A stretch of DNA of 49,310 bases from Bacillus sp. (in: firmicutes) (GCA_023512145.1 JAIMAD010000001.1:1-49310), one strand, 5' to 3'. Shown: positions 1-9,957, numbered from the stretch's first letter. Notes: generated by a model from the letters alone, not told the origin. Program-made: numbers and translations.

Positions 1-48
1 TTAATATATTTTTATACAGGGAGTATAATTGAAAGTAAAGGTGATAAT

Positions 49-960
49 ATGTATAATCGGAAGCAAAATGTCATTATAATGGCCCAACAATTATTTATTG
101 AAAAGGGGATACAGGCCACATCCATTCAAGATATTTTAGACTATAGTGGAATTTCCAAAGGAACATTTTATAATTACTTTTCGTCAAAAAGCGAATTATT
201 AATCGCAATATATAAAACCATTTATAAAAAACTTGAAAAGGACAGAAATGATCTCCTGCTTGGTCAAGATCCTGCGGATATTGAGATTTTTATCAAACAA
301 ATGGAAATGCAATTGATTTCAAATAGAAAAAATAAGCTAATTCCTTTATACGAAGAGGTCATGACCTCTAACGATGTCGACCTAAAACAATTTATCCAAC
401 GGCGTCGGCTGAATTCACTTAACTGGCTCTACGGCCGGTTCATAGACATCTTTGGTGAGGATAAAAAACCATACCTCCTAGATTGTGCGATTATGTTTCA
501 AGGGATATTACAACATAATATCCAATATAACCGAATGGCGAATAACTCAGGTGAAAAAATCAGCATTGTTGTCCGTTTTAGTGTGGGGCGTTTAGTGAAA
601 TTGGTTGATGAAGTAGTCGAATCTGGCCAGCAACTACATGAACCTAACCTTTTGGAGAAGTGGTTACCCGGTTGTCAAAAACATGATTTTGAATCAAAAA
701 ATGATCTTCTTCAGCTAATTGGAACGTTCCGGAAAGCGATTATGAAAAATTTAGATGATGATCTTGAACAGGTGAAATATATCGAACTATTGAACTTTCT
801 CAAGGAAGAATTATTGCATGAAAGTACGCCAAGGAAATTTCTAATTGAAAGTGCCCTTACATCGTTGCAAGCAAATTCTACATGTATAAAAGAACTTCAG
901 CAGTTGGAATTATTTGTTGTAGATCATTTTAGGAAATTAGAAGAAATAGAGACATCATGA
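49..960 (+). CDS. TetR/AcrR family transcriptional regulator with long C-terminal domain
   Basis: N-terminal HTH LFIEKGIQATSIQDILDYSGISKGTFYNYFSSKSEL; RBS AAAGGTGA; TATAAT at 24-29. Confidence 0.9.
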   Translation: MYNRKQNVIIMAQQLFIEKGIQATSIQDILDYSGISKGTFYNYFSSKSELLIAIYKTIYKKLEKDRNDLLLGQDPADIEIFIKQMEMQLISNRKNKLIPLYEEVMTSNDVDLKQFIQRRRLNSLNWLYGRFIDIFGEDKKPYLLDCAIMFQGILQHNIQYNRMANNSGEKISIVVRFSVGRLVKLVDEVVESGQQLHEPNLLEKWLPGCQKHDFESKNDLLQLIGTFRKAIMKNLDDDLEQVKYIELLNFLKEELLHESTPRKFLIESALTSLQANSTCIKELQQLELFVVDHFRKLEEIETS

Positions 961-962
961 TT

Positions 963-994
963 AAACCCCTAATCTATAGTCGATTAGGGGTTTT
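963..994 (+). terminator. Intrinsic terminator of the TetR gene
   Basis: AAACCCCTAATC-N7-GATTAGGGGTTT followed by T. Confidence 0.8.
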
Positions 995-1129
995 GGGCGG
1001 GAAGTTTTTTCTTATCAGATTCCAAAGTTCTGAGTAATTATTTTTTGAATATCCTAAATGAGATAATGCAGCCTAACTATAAGCAAGAAAAATCCACTCT
1101 GCTTGCTCAAGCAATGTGGATCTTTTTTT

Positions 1130-1618
1130 CTATTTTTCTTTGTTTAAAAAAGTATTCGGCATGATGACAGCGACGACCTCTCCACAAGCACAAAGGATAT
1201 CATTTGCAAAAACTTGTGTCTCAACTTTAAATCGTTTTGGATGAATTTCGTGCACAGTTCCAATCGCTTTTAATGGAACACCATGGGGAGTCGGCTTAAG
1301 AAAATTTACATTTAATGAGGCTGTAACAAACCTTGGTGGTTCTCCTCCCTCACCTGGTTCATAGCCATTTTTCCGATGAAGTACTAGCGCTGCCGAACCT
1401 GTTCCATGGCAGTCAATTAATGACGCTACAAGCCCTCCATAGACAAATCCTGGCAATGCTAGGTGCTCTTTATCGGGTGTATAAATCGTCACTGTTTGCG
1501 CACCTAGCCAACCGGTTCGAAAATGATGGCCATCTTGATTTAATCGCCCACAACCATAACACCAGGCAAAATCATCCGGATACCTATCTTGAATAGCATT
1601 AATTACCTTTTCTATCAT
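1130..1618 (-). CDS. PaaI-family (hot-dog fold) thioesterase
   Basis: CYGCG, GFVYGGLVASLIDC, VTASLNVNFLKPTP motifs. Confidence 0.85.
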   Translation of the reverse strand: MIEKVINAIQDRYPDDFAWCYGCGRLNQDGHHFRTGWLGAQTVTIYTPDKEHLALPGFVYGGLVASLIDCHGTGSAALVLHRKNGYEPGEGGEPPRFVTASLNVNFLKPTPHGVPLKAIGTVHEIHPKRFKVETQVFANDILCACGEVVAVIMPNTFLNKEK

Positions 1619-2340
1619 TAATAGTCCCCCCTTTTTCAGAAAAGTATAACATATTATCGTTGATAAGGAGATTAGAAAAATGTAATAGCCGTCTGAGGAG
1701 GATGAAATGTTAATTAGAAGTATTCACCAAAAAAATAGCTCGGTTTATTAGATTTATTGGCACCTTTCATAAAGGTTCAAAAGCTTCATTAGATTGCCTA
1801 TGTGCACGAGACCATCTCTCGCTGAGAATCATTAAAGCCGGGACATAAGGAAACTTAAAACTTTTGCGGAAGGAAAAAATCCAGCCAATCATCCAAATTC
1901 GGCAAAATCCTCTTCCTTACGCACAACGCTACCTTATCTATTATTAACTCTGAAAACCTTGACCTTAACGATTTGGAAGTTGAAACATATCTGGAAGAAA
2001 ATCTTGAACTTGAACCACTACCGGAAAAACTTGATAGAGCAAAAGCATAACTGTCACCTAAAACAGAGGAAGCACTGACTGAGGCACTCTATCCAATCTA
2101 TTTATGCCCCACCAGCTCCTATTTCTGAATTTAATGGACTCGACTACACCTAAAAAATGGAGGCTTATAAAATTTACTTGTTTCATTTGAAAAACATGTT
2201 ATTTACTTAGTACTCAAGATTTCCAGTGGCACCTTGTTCAGATGTGCTTTGTGTCACCAATCTAAAATGAAACTTTTCTCCTATGTAATCCGTATAATAA
2301 CAGACTGAAGTGTAAGTCAATGCTGAAAAGGAGTTGCATT

Positions 2341-4023
2341 ATGGGAAATATTTTTCTATTTTCACTGATTATTGGAATCGTGTCTGCACTTGTTCTCTTT
2401 CCTATTTTAAAAAAAGAACAGTCCAGTAATAAAAAGAGTAAAAAGCTAAATATGGTAGTATTCATTTCACTGGTAGTCATTATCATGCTTGCATTGTTTG
2501 CATTCTATTATTTTAGTAATTTTGACAGAAATCTCTCTACTTTATGGCCGTTAGCACTCGTCTTGACTGCTATAGGTGCAGTAATTAGTACAGGAAAAGA
2601 AAGAAAGCTTAAATCTCTTCTTTTCTTAGCTAGTCTCATTGCAGGAGGGTATTTACTAACTGCCTTTATTTTTAATGCAGATGAAAAATTTGAAATTTCA
2701 AAAATGGATGAAAAGGTGGAAATCAAGAGCTTTGATGAGTTGGAGACTCCTGCAAGTGTTCCACCAGAGTCTGCACGGAACAAAATGAAAAAGGCATTCG
2801 GCCAAGTCCCGAACACAAGTTACTATGAGCTGGGAAATCTCCAAATTCAACAGGTAAACGGAGAATATGTTTATATTGCACCAGTTGAATTCTCTGGATT
2901 TTTCAAATGGTGGAAAGGGAGTAAGACACCTGGCTACTTTACATTAAGTGCGACCAATTCATCTGCTAATTCTAAGTTCATCAAGTCAGAAATGATCTAC
3001 ACCACTTCCTCCTTTTTCAATAAAAATATTGAGCGGCATATTCGTATACAATCGCCAGAAAAAATATTTTATGGTGATGTCCAATTAGAAATTGATGAGG
3101 ATGGAAAACCTTTTTACATTCGTTCATATGGTGAATTTATTTCGGCACGGAATGGTTTTACAGTTAAAGGTATTGTTGTTGTAGATTCAATGAGTGGCGA
3201 AACGAAAGAGTATAAATTAGCAGATGTACCAGAATTTATCGATGGTGCCGTCGCACCAGAAGTGGTCAGTTTACAAAACAGTTATTTTGGAAACTTTATT
3301 CATGGATTTTGGAATAGCAAATTCGGGAAATCCGACGTGAAACTCCCTTCAGATGAAGGTACAGAAGCAAACGTTAGTCCGATTTTTGATGAAAATAATG
3401 AAATGTATTATTTTACTGATTTCACAAGTCCTAAAGAAGGCGTGGACTCGATGCTCGGTTACTCGCTAACAAACTCAAGAACTGGGAAAGCCACTTTCTA
3501 TACTGGAAATCCAGAACAGTCCTATATGGATTCAGAGGGAGCATTGCAGATCATCGAAAAGAAATTTATCGAAAAGAAATGGCATGGACAAATGTCTGTT
3601 ATCTATAACTTCTATGGTGAAGCAAGTTGGTTAACCGCTGTACTGGATTCAAACGGATTTTTGCAAAATTACTTTATCGTATCGGCATCTAATCCAGAAA
3701 TTTCAGTGTACGCAAACACCCCTAATGAAGCACTTAAACAATATAAAACAGCCTTGCAACGGGGCGGGGGCACTGTCGATGGCAGCAGTACAGCAGAGGA
3801 AAAGCAAATAAAAGGGACAGTCTTACGAGTCTATAAGGAAAAGTCAGGAGATTTCACCATTGTATCCTTTTTATTAGACAACCTACAAAGTTACATTATT
3901 TCATCTGAAAAAGACCCAATGGTAATCTATCTAAAAGAGGAAGACAAAGTAGCTGTTCGCTACCTAGCAACTGAAGAAGACTTCCTACCGGCAAAAGAGG
4001 TTGTAATAGAAGGTTTCGAATAA
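2341..4023 (+). CDS. Membrane protein of unknown function: about 4 N-terminal TM helices plus a large soluble domain
   Basis: Long ORF with hydrophobic N-terminal ~120 aa; start moved to ATG 2341 because RBS AAAGGAG precedes it. Confidence 0.8.
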   Translation: MGNIFLFSLIIGIVSALVLFPILKKEQSSNKKSKKLNMVVFISLVVIIMLALFAFYYFSNFDRNLSTLWPLALVLTAIGAVISTGKERKLKSLLFLASLIAGGYLLTAFIFNADEKFEISKMDEKVEIKSFDELETPASVPPESARNKMKKAFGQVPNTSYYELGNLQIQQVNGEYVYIAPVEFSGFFKWWKGSKTPGYFTLSATNSSANSKFIKSEMIYTTSSFFNKNIERHIRIQSPEKIFYGDVQLEIDEDGKPFYIRSYGEFISARNGFTVKGIVVVDSMSGETKEYKLADVPEFIDGAVAPEVVSLQNSYFGNFIHGFWNSKFGKSDVKLPSDEGTEANVSPIFDENNEMYYFTDFTSPKEGVDSMLGYSLTNSRTGKATFYTGNPEQSYMDSEGALQIIEKKFIEKKWHGQMSVIYNFYGEASWLTAVLDSNGFLQNYFIVSASNPEISVYANTPNEALKQYKTALQRGGGTVDGSSTAEEKQIKGTVLRVYKEKSGDFTIVSFLLDNLQSYIISSEKDPMVIYLKEEDKVAVRYLATEEDFLPAKEVVIEGFE

Positions 4024-4052
4024 GGTTTCAGCCACCACAAAAAGTAATACGG

Positions 4053-4076
4053 AAAAGGTGCCCCTGGGCACCTTTT
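4053..4076 (+). terminator. Intrinsic terminator
   Basis: AAAAGGTGCCC-CT-GGGCACCTTTT. Confidence 0.75.
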
Positions 4077-4258
4077 ATTGTGTTCTTAACTATGAAATAA
4101 CTGGAAAATTAGTGATATAATTGAAGAACATAAATTAATTGTCTGAAACTCTTTTATACAGTTTGCACCAGTTTTCTTTTCGTATATTTTTAATTCTTCC
4201 ATGTAAAACAAAATATCCTTAGTATCTGCAGAGTGAAGATTATTGGAGGGGGATGGAA

Positions 4259-5284
4259 ATGAACCTAATTGACCAGTATGTTAACACTGTAACGACTTAT
4301 TTACCTGAAAAAGACCGTGAAATTGCGGAGAAACAGCTTTGTGAAAAAATTGACATGAGGCTTCCAGTAAATCCAACCGATGCCGATATCCAGAATGTCC
4401 TAGAGCAACTTGGTAATCCTGGTTTACTCGCAAACGAATATCGTCAAGACAAACAATATTTAATTGGTCCAGACCTTTACTACAGTTACCTTTCCGTCCT
4501 TAAAGTAGTAATTCCAGTCATTGCCATCCTATCAGCAGTCGGTTCCATGCTCGCAGCGATTTGGCAAACTCCCATTGATAATGGAATAGTTGAGTTCCAA
4601 ATGGACCTTTTTGCAACGATCTTCTCCTCTATTTTTGAAGGTGCCGCACAGGCGTTTTTATGGGTAACCTTAATCTACTTTATTTTACAAAAACGTGGAG
4701 TCAAAGCGAAAAGTATACCCATTTTTAAGCAAAAATGGTCTGTTACAGATTTATCAAAGCTCCCTCCATCAAGCAAGGCGAAAATTCCTCGGATGGAGTC
4801 TGCTATTGCTCTATTTTTTAGTGTATTCTTCACTTCACTGTTATATTTTAGACCTGAAATATTCGGATTGTATACAGCATCTAGAGGCAGCTTGATCTTA
4901 GAGGAGTCATTCTTTGTATTGGAACAACTTCAATCCTATATGGTTCTCATTATCGTGCTTGCTGTAGTACAGCTGGGTATTTTAATTTATAAGTTTATAA
5001 CCAAACAATGGACCCTGCCCTTAGCAATTGTTAATACAGCCTATAATGCGGCTATTTGTGTGCTTGTTTCTGTTATGGTCGCTGATCATTCCTTATTTAA
5101 TCTAGCGTTTTTTACAAACCTTTTCGATTTATTGAATATCTCTGGTTCGCAGTTGACGTCAATATGGTGGGGTCTTAAAGTATTTTCAGTGTTTTTTATA
5201 ATCGGCTGCAGCATCGACAGCGTAGTGGGTTTCATTAAATGCAAGCGGCAAAATCGGATTTTGGGTAACTTCCATTTCAACTAA
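4259..5284 (+). CDS. HAAS-domain (DUF1700-like) polytopic membrane protein
   Basis: N-terminus LIDQYV...LPEKDRE...LEQLGNPGLLANEY typical of HAAS; multiple TM segments; RBS GGAGG fits ATG 4259 better than 4253. Confidence 0.75.
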   Translation: MNLIDQYVNTVTTYLPEKDREIAEKQLCEKIDMRLPVNPTDADIQNVLEQLGNPGLLANEYRQDKQYLIGPDLYYSYLSVLKVVIPVIAILSAVGSMLAAIWQTPIDNGIVEFQMDLFATIFSSIFEGAAQAFLWVTLIYFILQKRGVKAKSIPIFKQKWSVTDLSKLPPSSKAKIPRMESAIALFFSVFFTSLLYFRPEIFGLYTASRGSLILEESFFVLEQLQSYMVLIIVLAVVQLGILIYKFITKQWTLPLAIVNTAYNAAICVLVSVMVADHSLFNLAFFTNLFDLLNISGSQLTSIWWGLKVFSVFFIIGCSIDSVVGFIKCKRQNRILGNFHFN

Positions 5285-5331
5285 AGTCAACAGTTGTCAG
5301 GCACCAGATAGTGCCTGACAACCTGTTGACT
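5285..5331. repeat. Palindromic REP-like element, probable bidirectional terminator between convergent genes
   Basis: AGTCAACAG-TTGTCAGGCAC-N6-GTGCCTGACAA-C-CTGTTGACT. Confidence 0.75.
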
Positions 5332-5387
5332 ATTTTTCTCTTGTGTATAAGAAGGCTAAAATAGTAGTGGATTCCCTTTGACTTGGT

Positions 5388-5798
5388 TTATTCTTCCGTT
5401 TTGTCACCTTGAATATAATGTAACTCAAGCTCTTGCCTTATCACATCTGAAATCGGTTCTGTTTTTTGCGTCTTAAGATTAAAATTAACATAGGTTACTG
5501 TTCCTTTTGCACAAAGACGTGTGCCTTGATGGATTTCCTCGTATAACTGTAAGCTAGAATTTCCAATCCTTTTCACCCACGTATAAACCACTACATCCCT
5601 TCCAAAAAAAATTTGATTCAAATAATCCACGTTCATATTTAGAATAATCATTTTCCAATTTTCAAATGCACTATCTGGGGTAAACAATTTAAAGATTTCA
5701 TTTCGGGCTGCTTCAAACCATATCGGTACGGTTGTATTATTAATGTGTCCAACCCCATCTGTCTCAGAAACACGTGGCTCAATTATTTTTATATACAC
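5388..5798 (-). CDS. Acyl-CoA thioesterase (4HBT/YbgC-like)
   Basis: ETDGVGHINN...WFEAAR motif; GTG start with RBS AGGAG. Confidence 0.88.
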   Translation of the reverse strand: MYIKIIEPRVSETDGVGHINNTTVPIWFEAARNEIFKLFTPDSAFENWKMIILNMNVDYLNQIFFGRDVVVYTWVKRIGNSSLQLYEEIHQGTRLCAKGTVTYVNFNLKTQKTEPISDVIRQELELHYIQGDKTEE

Positions 5799-5841
5799 TT
5801 AACCACTCCTTCCTGCAAAAATCCACCTGAAATACCAACTA

Positions 5842-7011
5842 CTAACTAGTTAAAATACCTTCAAAGGCATGTAGATAGATTTGCTCGATCGATTCCATCG
5901 TTAATGGTTTTGGACTTCTATTTAGTAACCTTTTTTGTTTATACCCATTCACGGCTAAGTGGCCCAGATCATCGCGGTGGATATTGTAGGCAGCAAGGTT
6001 CGTTGGTAACCCGACATCTTGAACTAAATCGAGCAGACTATTAACTACGTTTCGGGCAATTTCTCGATCACTTTTTCCATTTGTCGGTATGTTAAATATC
6101 TTAGCAACAAGAACCATTTTATCCATGCAAGCTGGCCAAATATAATCATAAACATACGGTAGTAACACTGCATTTGATTCCCCATGAGGCAGTTTAAATA
6201 GGCCACCTAACGGATAGGCTAAGCCGTGAACACCTGCCACTCCGGCATTATAGAAGCTTAAACCTGCCAATAAACTACCTAACGCCATTTGTTCCCTTGC
6301 AACCTTATCCTGACCGTTCCAGACGGCTGAACGAATATTTCCAGCAATTCTCCTCATTGCTTCTAATGCCAATGTATCTGTCAAGGGTGTTGCATTTATC
6401 GATGTATAGGCCTCTATTGCATGTGTAAAGGCGTCAATACCACTTGCAGCGGTAACTCTCGGAGGGAGTGTGTAGGTTAAGGTAGAATCGACAATCGCAT
6501 AATCAGTCAACAGATACTCATGAGTAATGACGTCCTTTGTATCTGCCAAGGAGAAAACCGCAATATCAGTAACCTCAGCACCTGTCCCAGCTGTAGTAGG
6601 AATTAATACTTTTGGGAGGCCCTTATTCATTATTTTTTTGCTAGCGCTCAAGTTTAAATAATCTTCAACTAACCCATCATTTTCTTCTAATACTGCTGCA
6701 ACCTTTGCAAGGTCAAGAGCACTTCCTCCACCAATCCCAATAACTAATTCTGGCTTGTATTTTCTTACCGCAGCGACAACTTGATTACCAACTATTATGG
6801 AGGGCTCAGGGACGACATTTGTACTTAAATAGACTTCAATATGTTGTTCCTCTAGAATTTTCATGATAGGTTGAATCACACCCAAATCTTTTAAAATTGG
6901 GTCAGTTAGGAGAAAAACGCTATGGGTATTTAATTCTTTCAATATATCTGCTAACCTTCCAAGGGATCCTTCACCATGATAGATTTTCTTTGGCGATACA
7001 AATTGGTCCAT
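5842..7011 (-). CDS. Iron-containing alcohol dehydrogenase
   Basis: GGGSALDLAK, IPTTAGTGAEVT, DAFTHAIE, VHGLAY, PHG motifs. Confidence 0.93.
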   Translation of the reverse strand: MDQFVSPKKIYHGEGSLGRLADILKELNTHSVFLLTDPILKDLGVIQPIMKILEEQHIEVYLSTNVVPEPSIIVGNQVVAAVRKYKPELVIGIGGGSALDLAKVAAVLEENDGLVEDYLNLSASKKIMNKGLPKVLIPTTAGTGAEVTDIAVFSLADTKDVITHEYLLTDYAIVDSTLTYTLPPRVTAASGIDAFTHAIEAYTSINATPLTDTLALEAMRRIAGNIRSAVWNGQDKVAREQMALGSLLAGLSFYNAGVAGVHGLAYPLGGLFKLPHGESNAVLLPYVYDYIWPACMDKMVLVAKIFNIPTNGKSDREIARNVVNSLLDLVQDVGLPTNLAAYNIHRDDLGHLAVNGYKQKRLLNRSPKPLTMESIEQIYLHAFEGILTS

Positions 7012-7234
7012 TATCCCATCTCCTTTATTTGATTAATTAATCTAGGGTAAATTTGTAAATTCAACTATGTAAAGTTCGGTTATGTATACATAATATTATA
7101 AATATTCACGCTTCATTTAGCAAAGTCCATGCTAGTTGACTTAAAAACTCTTAAACTAAATTTGCAATGTAAACACAAATATCCCACTGTAAGACTCAAC
7201 TAATGGTTGGAGACTTACTAGTGGGCTGCTTCAG

Positions 7235-7384
7235 CTAATATAATTTTGGGTTTTCTTCTAATAATCTGGCTATTTTCGTCAAGGTTGTCAAGAACCATCC
7301 GTTTGTCATACCCAGTCGTCGTTGCAGTTCCTCTTGCCAAATGTTATGATGATAAATCCCCTGATGATACACCCTGACTCTCAT
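7235..7384 (-). CDS. Possible 49-aa small ORF or gene remnant coupled to the MerR gene
   Basis: ATG overlaps the MerR stop (ATGA); MRVRVYHQGIYHHNIWQEELQRRLGMTNGWFLTTLTKIARLLEENPKLY; no strong RBS. Confidence 0.3.
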   Translation of the reverse strand: MRVRVYHQGIYHHNIWQEELQRRLGMTNGWFLTTLTKIARLLEENPKLY

Positions 7385-7800
7385 TCATTTCTGAGCTCTA
7401 TCCGCTTTAGTGCAAGATATTTATTTTCGGCATCCTCAATCACACCCAACAGCTCATCCTCTAATAATTTTAACTCTTCCCTTCGTAAATGCACTTCCTT
7501 TAGTTGTTTGTATGCCAACTTTATCCCTTCTTCATACTGGATGGTTTGCTTGGAATCCAATTCAGCTAATTTAATAAGACATGCAGCATCTTGTAATGAA
7601 AAACCTAAGTTTTTCCCTCTAAGAATCATTTTTATTCTGGCTCCGTCTTTCTTCGTATAAATCCGGTGATTTCCTGCTGTCCGTCTTGGATGAATCAAAC
7701 CTAATTCTTCATAATATCGGATTGTTCGTTGACTAATATTAAACTCTTCAACAAGGTCGGATATTAAGTATTCGCTATCTTCTGACTTTTTCACAGGCAC
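7381..7800 (-). CDS. MerR-family transcriptional regulator (LiuR-like)
   Basis: YLISDLVEEFNISQRTIRYYEELGLI...R...R.Y...LGFSL plus coiled coil; GTG 7800 follows RBS GAGGTGAGG (ORF track start 7809). Confidence 0.88.
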   Translation of the reverse strand: MPVKKSEDSEYLISDLVEEFNISQRTIRYYEELGLIHPRRTAGNHRIYTKKDGARIKMILRGKNLGFSLQDAACLIKLAELDSKQTIQYEEGIKLAYKQLKEVHLRREELKLLEDELLGVIEDAENKYLALKRIELRNE

Positions 7801-7821
7801 GTTCCTCACCTCAATGATATA

Positions 7822-7871
7822 AGTTTACTTTACAACTACCAACAACGTCAATTATCTACCGTTGTTGGTAG
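7822..7871 (-). promoter_or_regulatory. SigA-like promoter of the MerR gene overlapped by a 12-bp inverted repeat (candidate operator)
   Basis: TTGACG-N18-TAAACT on minus strand; CTACCAACAACG (7836-7847) / CGTTGTTGGTAG (7860-7871). Confidence 0.5.
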
Positions 7872-7932
7872 CTATAAGGCAGAATAAAAAAATGCCCTAT
7901 TTAGTTGGTAATTGGTAACTTAATTAGCAACT

Positions 7933-7972
7933 AAAAAAGGGAGTTTAATTCACACTACGAATTGAACTCCCT
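7933..7972 (-). terminator. Intrinsic terminator of the FNT gene
   Basis: AGGGAGTTTAATTC...GAATTGAACTCCCT with adjacent A6 (U-tract on minus strand). Confidence 0.7.
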
Positions 7973-7997
7973 ACTCCTATTAACTACTTGAAAAGTA

Positions 7998-8822
7998 CTA
8001 TCTTGCCCTACTTTTTGCAATAGGCTGAACAACTTTAGGCTCTACATAGTCAGTCTCGCTTTTCTTATAAGCGTTCCAATAAGCCATCGCGATAAAAACT
8101 GTACCGCCCACTGCATTTCCTAAAAAGACAGGGATGAAATTATCTATATACGCAAGCCAAGAAAAATGGCCGGCAAAGATCGCAGCAGGAATAACAAACA
8201 TATTTGCAACTACGTGTTGAAATCCGATTGCAACAAAAGCCATTGTTGGAAACCAGATGCCGGCTATTTTCCCACTCATATCGTCGGCCCCATATGAAAG
8301 CCATACGGCAGCTGCAACCAGCCAATTACATCCAATTCCAGAAATAAAGGCTTGAAGAAATGATGCTTCAAGTTTATGGTCGGCGATACTAATAAGCTTT
8401 TCCAAATATAGACCGGTTTCTGTAAGTCCGACAAGATGTCCGAAAAAGTATGCAACAAAAACAGCCCCAACAAAGTTACTGATTGTAACAAGAAACCAAT
8501 TATTGAATAATTGGCCTGTACTTATCTTCTTTGCCATCCTTGCAAGTGGCACGGCCATCATATTCCCCGTTAACAGTTCCCCGCCTGCTAGTAATGTAAG
8601 AATAAGCCCGATTGGAAAAACAGATGCACTGATCAGACTTCCTAATCCTTCCAACTCTGGTGATAAAGTTGCTGTGACACGAATTGCTAGTAAATAACCT
8701 AAGGCTATAAATGCACCTGCTTCAAATCCTAATATCATTGTCTTTACTGGTGAATAGTTTACTTTTTTATGCCCATTTTCCACGGTAATTTCCATAATTT
8801 TCTCTGGTTTACTGAATCCCAT
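7998..8822 (-). CDS. Formate/nitrite transporter (FNT) family channel
   Basis: AGAFIALG, FPIGL, GELLTGN, GIGCNWLV, GFQHVVANM, LGNAVGG motifs. Confidence 0.93.
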   Translation of the reverse strand: MGFSKPEKIMEITVENGHKKVNYSPVKTMILGFEAGAFIALGYLLAIRVTATLSPELEGLGSLISASVFPIGLILTLLAGGELLTGNMMAVPLARMAKKISTGQLFNNWFLVTISNFVGAVFVAYFFGHLVGLTETGLYLEKLISIADHKLEASFLQAFISGIGCNWLVAAAVWLSYGADDMSGKIAGIWFPTMAFVAIGFQHVVANMFVIPAAIFAGHFSWLAYIDNFIPVFLGNAVGGTVFIAMAYWNAYKKSETDYVEPKVVQPIAKSRAR

Positions 8823-8849
8823 ATATGATGTACTCCTTTATCAGTAACT

Positions 8850-8867
8850 TTGTGAAAGTATTAACAT
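8850..8867. promoter_or_regulatory. Rex-like operator upstream of the FNT gene
   Basis: TTGTGAAAGTATTAACAT, 2 mismatches to TTGTGAA-N4-TTCACAA; lies just downstream of a TAGAAT -10; the B. subtilis FNT gene ywcJ is Rex-regulated. Confidence 0.55.
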
Positions 8868-8922
8868 ACTTCTATTCTATCTTATTTTCCTCGATAAACC
8901 TGTGAATATTTGATTAACTATT

Positions 8923-8936
8923 TTGTAGCGCTTACA
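8923..8936 (-). promoter_or_regulatory. cre-like (CcpA) site
   Basis: TGTAAGCGCTACAA on minus strand, 13/14 to TGWAARCGYTWNCA. Confidence 0.4.
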
Positions 8937-9133
8937 ATTGAAATTTTTCCAAACTATCTTCCTTTTCACGAGGATGTTATTCTAAAGGAGCTAAATGTGT
9001 TTTCTATCATGCCTTAAAAGGAATCCTACACATATTTCCGATAATAATGAAATCCCCATTAAATTAACCTTTTATAACTAGGTGTTAGGCACATTTTCCC
9101 TAAAACTTATCCTCTTATATTTATGAAAACTCC

Positions 9134-9160
9134 AAAAAAACAGCCATCAATAGATGGCTG
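9134..9160 (-). terminator. Intrinsic terminator of the usp gene
   Basis: CAGCCATC-N4-GATGGCTG with adjacent A7. Confidence 0.75.
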
Positions 9161-9193
9161 CAATCTTTTAAAATGAACATTTCCAATTACTTT

Positions 9194-9631
9194 TTATTTT
9201 TTAGCGGGGATAATCAAAATCGGTACTTGAGCCTCATGAAGAATACCATTGGAGACACTCCCTAGCGCCGTTCCTCTTACTATTCCCATACCCCTAGACC
9301 CCATTACGATATACTTTACATCTAATTCCTTTGCTAGTTTACAAATTTGCTGGGTTGGATCACCTATCCCCTTTAACAATTCGTAATCCATTTTGTGCTC
9401 ATCCATTAATTGAATTGCAGCCTTTGTAGCATTATCAAACAGTTCTTCCTGGTATTCCTTAATTAATTCCTCATTAATGAATAATCTTGTATGAATCATA
9501 TGAAATGAAGGTTGAACATTAAGCAAGATAATTTTACAATGAAACGCTTCTGCTATGCTTGCTGCTTCCTTCAATGCTTCAAGTGAATGTTCTGATCCGT
9601 CAATTGCAACTAAAATACTCTCTTTCATCAT
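9194..9631 (-). CDS. Universal stress protein (UspA family)
   Basis: ILVAIDGSEHS, GDP, IVMGSRGMG...LGSVS motifs; RBS AAGGAGG. Confidence 0.93.
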   Translation of the reverse strand: MMKESILVAIDGSEHSLEALKEAASIAEAFHCKIILLNVQPSFHMIHTRLFINEELIKEYQEELFDNATKAAIQLMDEHKMDYELLKGIGDPTQQICKLAKELDVKYIVMGSRGMGIVRGTALGSVSNGILHEAQVPILIIPAKK

Positions 9632-9957
9632 ATTACCTCCTTAAATTTACGAGAAATACAAAAAGACCTTTTGTTTATTCGTAAAAGACGCACTGGACAC
9701 GATGATTGAATCGACAAAAACAGTAGCAAACAACAAATAAGTGAAGACTTTTATCTAAAATACTTATTGTGGATCTTAAAAAGAAGAAATTAGGTCCTCT
9801 CTCCTCTATTGTATGAAATTATTGTATTTTAATCAATTGTGAAAATTCGTACAATTTATGACATTGTAATGGTTTTATCGGTAATCCAATCATTTTATAT
9901 GTTTTAATAGTAGTAGATAGTTTCTCCATTTCAATAGATTGGGAGAGTGAAAATACT

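Noticed and set aside
9640..9957. Possible yybP-ykoY (Mn) or other riboswitch before the P-type ATPase or usp
   Set aside because: No conserved aptamer motifs recognised on either strand
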